A DNA stretch of 64,000 bases from IMG/VR virus record IMGVR_UViG_3300020234_000021; one strand, 5' to 3'. The DNA comes from a virus. The first letter of the stretch is position 1, and each line of letters opens with the position of its first letter. A program made the position numbers and the translations under genes. Below, in pieces: positions 53,579-62,500 of this stretch. The notes under the pieces were generated by a model that saw only the letters and a program-made list of their open reading frames with translations, was not told the origin of the DNA and ran no database searches.

Positions 53579-56500
53579 TCATCTCCTAGCCAGGCCCATT
53601 ACTCGTTGATCAAGAATCTCTCGAACCATGTCTGCCGTGGCTGGGGCCCGGTCCTGGATCTCGGCTGGGAGATCCGCAGCGCCGAACTCAAGCAGCAGCT
53701 TCTGGTAGTCATCCTTTTTCGGCTGGCGCGGCCGGTTCTCTGCCCCACCTGGCCGGAACTGATAGCCCTCCTTGAATAGGGCATTCTTTTCCCGCTGCAT
53801 TTGGTTGATTTCTTCACGTTTTTTGGCCGGCGACATGTCCTTGTCGATCCAGGTCTCGCCCATCTCCTTGTTGAGCGCGCGGATTTGCTTCTGGATCCCG
53901 GCCACGTCCTCGAACACATCGACCACCTGGGCGAACTCGCTCTCGATCTCGTCGAAGCGCTCCTCGCGCTCCTCGCGTTCCATCTTGACCAGGGATCCCT
54001 TGACCCTGGTGATCTGGCGCAGCAGGTCGTAGTAGGGCTCCTGGTAGCCACTCGCCCGTGGCTGGTCGCCGTGATAGAAGGCCTGGATCACGGGGTAGTT
54101 CTCCAGCTCCCATTCCGGGCCCGGGGCGTACTTGTCCGAGTAGGCGCGCATGAGCTGGTCCGACGCCTGAAGCGCATAGCGACCCAGCGTGCCGGTGTAG
54201 CCTGCGTATAGGTTCTCCAGGTGGAGCGGGGATCCGACCTTCTCGCCCACGGCGCCCCTGGTCATCCACTCAGGGATGTTCTGAGCCAGCTCTCGCATGG
54301 TCGGGCTCGTGTAGTAGCGGTACTGATCGGCCGGCAGTGTGCCTTCCTCGAAGGCCCGGACGATGTCCGACGAGCGGAAGAAGTTCATGTTCATTCCCGA
54401 CTCAACGACCGGCCGCACAGCCTGGGGTATCGGGTTGAACGAAAACGTCTCCATGATCATGAACCACAGGCGCTTCAGGAGGATCTTGTTGGCGTCACCT
54501 TCCTGGGACATCATGCGCTCGGTGATGCGCTCGGGCAGCGTGCCAAAGAACGCGCCCACCTCGAACGGTTTCGGCAGCGCGTAGTGATCGTCACCTACCC
54601 ACCAGTGCCAGTAGAGATCCTTCTGCACGTCGGTGAGTTGCTGGTAGCGCTCGTCGTCCCGGTTCATCCCGTACAGGGCCAAGGTCGCGAGCATCAGCAT
54701 CGAGCCCTTGATCGCGAAGGCCATCGGGTTCTCACCCGCACCCCTGGCCAGGCGATGAATGCCCTGCATGCGCGCACCCATGAACGGCACCACCTGGATC
54801 AACCACTGGATCAATCCGTAGTCGCCGCCCATCGAGAAGTCCATCAGATCCTTGGCCTCGAAGGCCGCCTGCTTCTTCGATCGGCCGGCCTTGATCGCGG
54901 CGTTGTAGACCGCGACCCGGTTCGCGTTCTCGGCGGCGTTGGACAGTTTCTTGTAGGCCTCGAACAGCTTCCCTGGGGCATCGAGGATGAAAACGTCTTT
55001 GCCCATTTTCGCTTTCTTACGGACTCGTTCGCCGGCCGACGCGGCGTCGGTGAAGTTCACGTAGCCCTGGTCGAATGCGGCGCCGGCACTGAGCATGGAT
55101 CGATAGGTCTCGTTCTCACGCATCACCTCACCGAACCCCTTCATGGCGCTGGTGATCGGCTCGTAGTGATCCCTGGAGATCACGAACGAGGACAGCAGGT
55201 CTCGCTCGAAGTTGCGGATGATGAAGTCCGGCGCCAGGGTGATTGTCTGGGTGAAGAACCGTTTGAATCCCCGCATGAAGCGCGTGATCTTCCCGAATGC
55301 CCTCATGTTGATGTTGGAGATGGCTCGGAACAGCAGCTTGTCGTCGGTCTCGTACCACTCCCGCTGGCCGTCGCGCAATATGCTGAAGACGTTGTCGCCC
55401 TCGGGGCGCCCAATGGAAGTCATTTTGCGCAGACCCTTGGTCACCTTGGGGTCGATGGTGTCCGGATCGATTCCGGCTTCGCGCATTATTTTCTTGAGCT
55501 CGCTCCCGGGAACCATCGCCTTGCTGATTTTGTACTTCGCTTTGCGCACCAGGCCGGTGCCTTTCAGAGCGTCGACTGTTTCCATCGCTGCCTTGTTCTT
55601 CAGCGAGGCATCGACCAGGTGGGTCATGTTGGCAACGATGTTGTCGAACACGTTGCCGATCCCCATCTCGCCGCCTTTGAGGTACTTCACGCCGCTTTTC
55701 TGGTCGACGACGCCACGACCTCCCGCCTTGATCGGCCCCACGACTCGATCGTCCTGGATCCGCCAGAACGGCACGTAGTCAGCGTGCTCCCAGAATGGCC
55801 GCGTCTCCGGATCGATCACGCCCGCTTCCTGGGCGTAGTCGAGCACGGCTTTGTGGAACTCAGCGTACTCGCGCGCCACCTCCCGGAACTCGGGATTGCG
55901 GAATCCCAGGTTGACTGCCGCGTTGATCATCTCCGGTGTGAAGTTCTTTTCGCGCCCAGCCTGGATCACCATGTCCCTGACGAATCCGCCGTCCGGGCCC
56001 TCCTCCAACATCAGTGTGAACGCAGCTTCCTTGGTCTGCGGTCGTCCCCTGCCGGCCAGTTCGTTGTTAATCACGTCGGAGTTGTCGTCATAGCCCTCCA
56101 TCAGCAAGCGCTTCGCGCGCGTGCCGGCCATGTACTTGTTCCAGTCGTCGATCTTCCCTCTGATCGGATCCATGATCTCCAGGAAGCCCTTGCCACCCGT
56201 GGTTGTAACGCCATCTTTCCAGGCCGGCGGCCCGTACTTCATGATCGAGTGCATCACGGTGTCCAGGCCCGTGGAGAACCGCGCGGTCATGTAGGCGCCG
56301 ATGTCCTCGCCGGCATCGGTGAGCGCGTTCTTCAGGCCGGAGAATCGATCGAATATGCCCTGGTCGAGCTCGCGCCGCGTCACGGCCATGGCGCTGGCAA
56401 TGAGTTGCCTGATGCCAGTCGGACCCACCTTCGAGCCGATCCGCTTGCCCATTTCTTCGAGCGCCCGGGCCTCCTCCGGATTCATATCGGGTGGCCGGTC

Positions 56501-59500
56501 CTCGGACATGTAGGTCTCGTTTGGACCGACCAGGCCGGCGCCGACCCAGGAAAGCGACTCCGTCTCGCTGACCTGGATCCCGTCAATCACTCTCAGCCCG
56601 ATCGCGTTACCGAACGCAATCATGTTGGCCATCGCCTTGCGGCCGGCATCGCCCATCGGAGCGATCGGAACCATGGCATTCGCGTTGCCTCGGTGCGAGC
56701 CTATGAGGAGGCGGGTCTTGCCTGACTGTTCTTGCCCCAGTCGCAGCGAGATCTGCTCGCCCGCCGTCAGCGGGATCCAGGCGACGACGTGGTTGCGCGT
56801 GTCGAGCAACATGACCCCGTAGTCTTTGGTCTCTGAGCGCCGCCACTGGTCGATGACTCGCTGCGAGCTGCTCATCACGTCTCGCTCGGAGAGGTCACGG
56901 TAGGTGATGATCCGCTCCTGGACCTCGATCGTTTGCTTGTTCTTGCGCTCTTTGCCGACCGGGCGCGACCGGGTGACATATCCTTCCGGGTCGATCTCGG
57001 AGAACACGTTGGGGTCGTCGTTCCCGATGACGATGTGCGGCAGCGGCTCGACGTGGGTGTCCAAGAACATCCCGTCGCCAAAGTACAGGGCGAAACTCAC
57101 GGTCAGGTTGATGTCGGCTGAGCTGGGCTCGTCGGATCCTGACGGGTGGTTGTGGCCCATGTAGAACTTCGCGGCCCCTGGGACTGACAGGATCGCGCCA
57201 GCCAGGATGTGCGGCTCGATCGCGGCGGCGTCAGTACGGCCCATTTGGTGCCTGAGTAGGGCCAGCGGCTTGTCGTTGACGTCGAGCACCAGGGCGACCA
57301 GGTTCTCCTGGGCGAACTTCAGGAGCTCGCGCATCACCAGGGCCGCGTCCCGCGTCGATCGAACCGCTTTCCCGATCGGCACCTTGATCTTCTGGGTGGT
57401 GACGTTGTCCACGTGCATCGAGTAGATGTCGCGCAGATCCTGGGCCATGACCTCGAACGTCTCTTTGGTCAGCTCAACCCGCACATCACCGTCCTCGATC
57501 GCCTTGGCGGCGTCGTGGAGCGCTCCGACGATGTCAGCGTCCGTAAACGTCAGATCGAAGCCCAGGCTTCGCAGGAGCTTGCGTACGGCCGTGATGGCCC
57601 GTTTCACGAGCGGTAGGGTCGGGTTGCGTTCAGCGAGCACAGCGAGGATCTCAGCGGCTTCTCGCTGGGGCGAAAGGGGCTTCCTGCCGGGCACGTTGTA
57701 CCGGGCCTGAACCGCCGCTCGCACGGTCGCAATGATCGAGTCGCTGGTGTTGCCGATGATATCCGCGATGATCTGGTCGAAGTCGCCGCGCCGCATCATC
57801 ATGGCGTGGCCCACAGCCTCGTGCATCAGCACTGACCGGACCTTGGCGTCATCGAACATCCGGTCAGCCACCAGATAGATCTGGTCGCCCACGATCATGC
57901 CGGACGTGAAGGTGCGATCCTGAGCCTGCTGACCCCTGGCCACGGGGAGATCTGTGCCTGACTGGACCACGGTCACATTCGGCGCGTCGTCGGCCCAGTT
58001 CTCCGTCAGCTCACTGACCAGGGCCTCCACATCTTCAACTGTCTGGCCAGGTGAATCCCGGCCCTCGATGATGTCGAGCTCCTTGCTGGAGAACCCAAGG
58101 ATCCGGATCGAGGCGTCGTCGTAGATGACGAAGTTCTCGGCTTGGGTGCCATGGCCGAGATATCGGTGGCCCTGGATGTCAAAGGACGACAGCAGCAGCG
58201 AGGCCAGCATGTCGGTTTCCCAGCGGGGATTCAGCCCGCCAAATTGCTGCGCACGCGCCTCGATCTCATCGAATTTTGCCTGCACTGCCGGGAGCGCTTC
58301 CCCGATGTATTGATAGTCGATCGACCGCTTGATGACGCTGTAGAGCTCGCGGCCGGTGTACACCGCAAGGTCCGGTACCTCGTTGGTCTCGTCGCCCAGC
58401 CAGTCTTCGAGATCGCTCCGGAAGTCGGCCGGGATCTTCGCCAGGATCTCGGGCTGGTTCTCCAGCGGAATGTCCCAATTCATGATCTGGTCGGGGCTCA
58501 GGTCGAAGCCGACCTCGTAGAGCCGACCCGGAGACTCCGTTGTCGTGTTGTCGTTGATCACCAGCATCTGAGTCAGATCGACAATCGCCTGGTCGATCGC
58601 CTCCAGGCGTGTCTGGCCGCCCAGAATCCGGTCAGACGTCGGGAGCATCTCTATCTGGGTGGCTTGATCGCCTTCGGCTCGGCGCTTGTGACCCTGCTGG
58701 GTGTTCAGCAGGTTCCTGATACGGGTTCCGACATCGATCCGGACGCCACGAGCCGACTCGACGATAACCGCGTACCAGGCGACGGCCGTCTCGCTGGCCT
58801 CGATCCCCTGGTCTTTCAGGGCAGCTTGCAGAGTGTCCAGATTCGTCTGGCGTTGATCGAAGGTCGCGTCGGATCCAATGTCGATGGAAACATCACCGAC
58901 CTGGATGCGCGCGCCAGGCTGACTGGTCTGGTGGCGGTAATGCCCGCCGATGCCTTTGGAGGTGGTCGCGTAGTAGCCCCAGCCGTACGCGATGTTGCCC
59001 TCGCCAGATCCTACGGCGGCAATATCAACGGCGGAGTAGATTGAACCGGAGCCGTGCCAGCCCCGTAGTCCGGGGTCGTCTAGGCTTTCAAGCGCAGTTC
59101 GTCGGGCAGCTCCGCTTCTTCCTCGGGCCCCAGTTCCGCCTGCTCGTCGCCCCACCCCAGAGCGAGGTAGTTCTCCCTGGTAACTGGTAGTCCCTGTTGC
59201 TTCAAGGCCTCCAAGATCGGATCGCCCTGGGTCTCCTGACGCGGCAAGGATCATCTCCCGTGCTTTATCGGCCTCGATAGTACCATTTTCGTAACGCTTC
59301 CAGATGCCGTCAGCTCGACGCTGGGCCTGGGGATGCTTGTTGGCAAACATGGCCCGAGACGCCTCCCAGACGATGCTCTGGAGCTCCCTGGGCTGGAGTC
59401 CAAGTTCGCGCGCCGCCTGGCGGTAGCCCTCCGCATACAGCCAATACGCTCCCTTGAGTCCCGTGGGACCACTGTCAGCCGATCCCTTGGCGTCCCCGAA

Positions 59501-62500
59501 GTTCTGCTGCACCTCGATGTTGGCCTGCCCCAGGGGCCGCAGGAGCGCCGCTGCGACGGCGTGCGTGTCGATCGTGACGTCCTGGCCAGCGCCGTTCGGG
59601 TTGATGATGTTGTTGTAGAACGAGCGCACCTTCTGGGCCTTGCCCACGACCGCGCTGATCGTGTCGACTCTCGGGTCATCCAGGATCTGCAACGCCTTGG
59701 CGATCGACTTGAATGACTTCCAGCGCATCGTCCCCATGGCCAGGCCGTCCGGCTCAGCGATACTCAGCGACGGCGCAAAGTTGCCTTCTGGCGTGGGCAT
59801 GAAGAACCCGGGGTTGTGGTAGGCCTCGGAGTAAGACCGGACCCACATCGCCTGCTCGAACGGTGCCAGTTCTTTCAGTGGCAAGGTCTTGAGTCGCTCC
59901 AGGTGCCATCCCTGCTGCTGCGTCGGCAGGTTCTGATCGAGCATGCCCTGAACGGCGGTATCCGCCACCGTGTCCTGCTGGGTCGTCCAGATCGACAGGA
60001 TCCGCTCGGCCATGGCGACATTGTTGCCCCAGTCGTTCTGAGGGCTGACCGCCGCGAGCACAGCCGCCGCTGTCGTCTCGCTCACGCCGTACTGGCGGGC
60101 GAAGCGCTTGGCGATCCGGTTCGCGCCTTCGTACCACTTCTGGCTGCGGTCTCGGATCTCCGCCGGCACCTGGTTGTAGAGCCACGTCAGGTTGCCCGCC
60201 ACGTGATCGATGAAGTTCTGGGCGCCTTCCTCGGGGGTGGCGTTGCGCTCAGAGCGGATCCCCAGGTACCTGTTCACCACCTTGACGTTCTTGGCCATGG
60301 CCCGCATGTCTGTGCGAGCCGCATCGATGCCGACATTCAGGAACCTGGCCACGGCTGATATCGGGCCTTTCAGCGGAGTCCAGGGCAGGCGCGCGGATAT
60401 CTGTCGTGCGTCCGGCCGGCGGAACCGATCCACCGACTCCAATGGCCCTTCATCTGCTTCAATGAAGGAGATCATTTTGGCGCGCCATTTGATCAGACTG
60501 TCCCGCCACTCCTCCAGGGAGCGACCCGGCTTGTAGATGTTGGGATGACCTGGCTTGAAGCGCCGCATGCTGCCCTGGCGGATCGACGTTTTCATGTCGC
60601 GCAGGTCGTCCCGTTCTGCCTTGGTGGCAGTGGTCGGGTCGTCCAGCGCTTCAAGGTTCAGCGCATCGATCGACCGGACCTGGTCGTAGAGCCGCCGCAG
60701 GAACAGCGCATTCTCTGGCTTGGTTCCGCGCGGCCCACCGATCGCCAGCACCAGCGCTCCAAGTTCCTTGGCGTTCATCGAGTCTGCGATCTCGGGCTCG
60801 CTCATGGCCACGAGATCCGGATACTTGCGTGACACCTCAAGTCCCATCGGTACCTTGTCAGCAGGCTCCTCGCCCAGCGCCTTGGCCTTCTCGTAACCCT
60901 CCCGATACAGCAGCACGAACGACCTGGGGTCGTACCCCTCGGGCGCCTCGGGCGTCATCGGCAGGTCCGACTGAGCATCCAACATGCCCAGGGTGATCGC
61001 CTGGAAGTCGAGCTCGGCCTGCTCATCGTCGACCGAGACCTCCTTCAACTCCTCTTTGCGCCTGGCCAGGAACTCATCCTCGGTTTCCGGGATCCCCTCG
61101 GTCGGCGTGAACTCGCGCAGGATCTGCGCTTCCTCGGTGGTGATCGCTCCCGCGTTGCGGTACGCAACGATCGCAGCGGTCATGCTGTTGACGCCCTCCG
61201 CCCTCTGCTTTTTGATGTCCGTCTCGACGGCTGCCAGGGCTGTTTCATCGAGCTCAATGTCCCGGCCCACTCGGTTCTCGATTTCTTCCTGGAACACCTC
61301 TACCGCGATGGCCCCGTATTCCAGTGGTGCCGCGTCAGAGTCGAAGCGCAACGTGCTCCATTCTTCCGGTGAGATCTGGTAGTAATCCGCGAGCACATCG
61401 GCCGGGCGCAGCCCCCTGCTCAGGTCCACCTGCATCTCAGCGAGACCAGATTCGCCTAGCTCTTTGCGGAACTGCTCCAGGAAGCGCCCGCCCTGTTCCT
61501 CCGGCGCATCGGCCGACTCATCGATCAGCTCGTCGCGCAGCCGCATGACCTCGCGCATCTGCGTGGTGATCTCCAAACCGCCAGTACGCTTGGTCTGGAG
61601 ATAGAGCGGCAACGCGCCTTTCGGGCGTTTGATCTTGATCGCTTTCCAGGTGGTCGCCCAACTCAGCACCTTGGCCAGGTTCTGGTGTGTGTTCTCGGGT
61701 GAATTTTCGGCGGCGCTGCCTTTGCGGGTGGCTTTGTGCCATTCCCAGAGCTGTTCTTTGGAGATCGCGCCCGAGTCGACTGCCTCGTAGATCTCGACCT
61801 CGGTGTCGAACTGGTTGAGCACGTCGCTTGCTTCTCGGGCCGTGATGGCCCGATCGACTCGGCGCTGGACATCATCGTTGGCCGACGCGCGCAATCCGGA
61901 TTTGCGCAGTACCTCCTGGAGCTGGTTCATCGACAGACCTTCTAAGGCGGCCTGCATCCGGGCCTTGGTCTCCTGGAACACATCGGTCAGCTCTCCGGTT
62001 TTGGCGCCTTCAGGTCGTCCGGCGTCATCCCCTTCTTCCTGAGCGCTTGGGCCAGTATCAGCGCCTTCCTCAGTTGCGCCTTCGGCAGGCTCGGTAATTT
62101 CAACTGCTGCGGCATCTATAGCCTCCTCGATTTCCTCGACCGCCACGCCCTCGGTGAGCGCGTCGTGAATTGTTTTGACTGCTCCGAATGCCTTGTCGGC
62201 TGCCTCATCGGAAGTGAGGTTCGGGTCGTCTGCTATCCCACCCTGCAAGTCAACAAAGGCGTTCGGCGTATCGTCGAGCGCCTGCTGGCCATACGCATCT
62301 TCGGTCTTGGTCCTGGTGATCTCGTCCATGACGTCTTTGATGAACGTCGCTTCCCGGGATCCCAGGTGCTCGCCGGCCAGCGCTCGTTCGATCGCCTTCT
62401 GTCCCGCGCGCGGCGTCAGTCGACCAGACTCATCGCCAAACCACTCCGGCGTGATCGAAGCAAAGTCGACTGAGGGCGCGTACTGGTCCTCGCCACGGAT

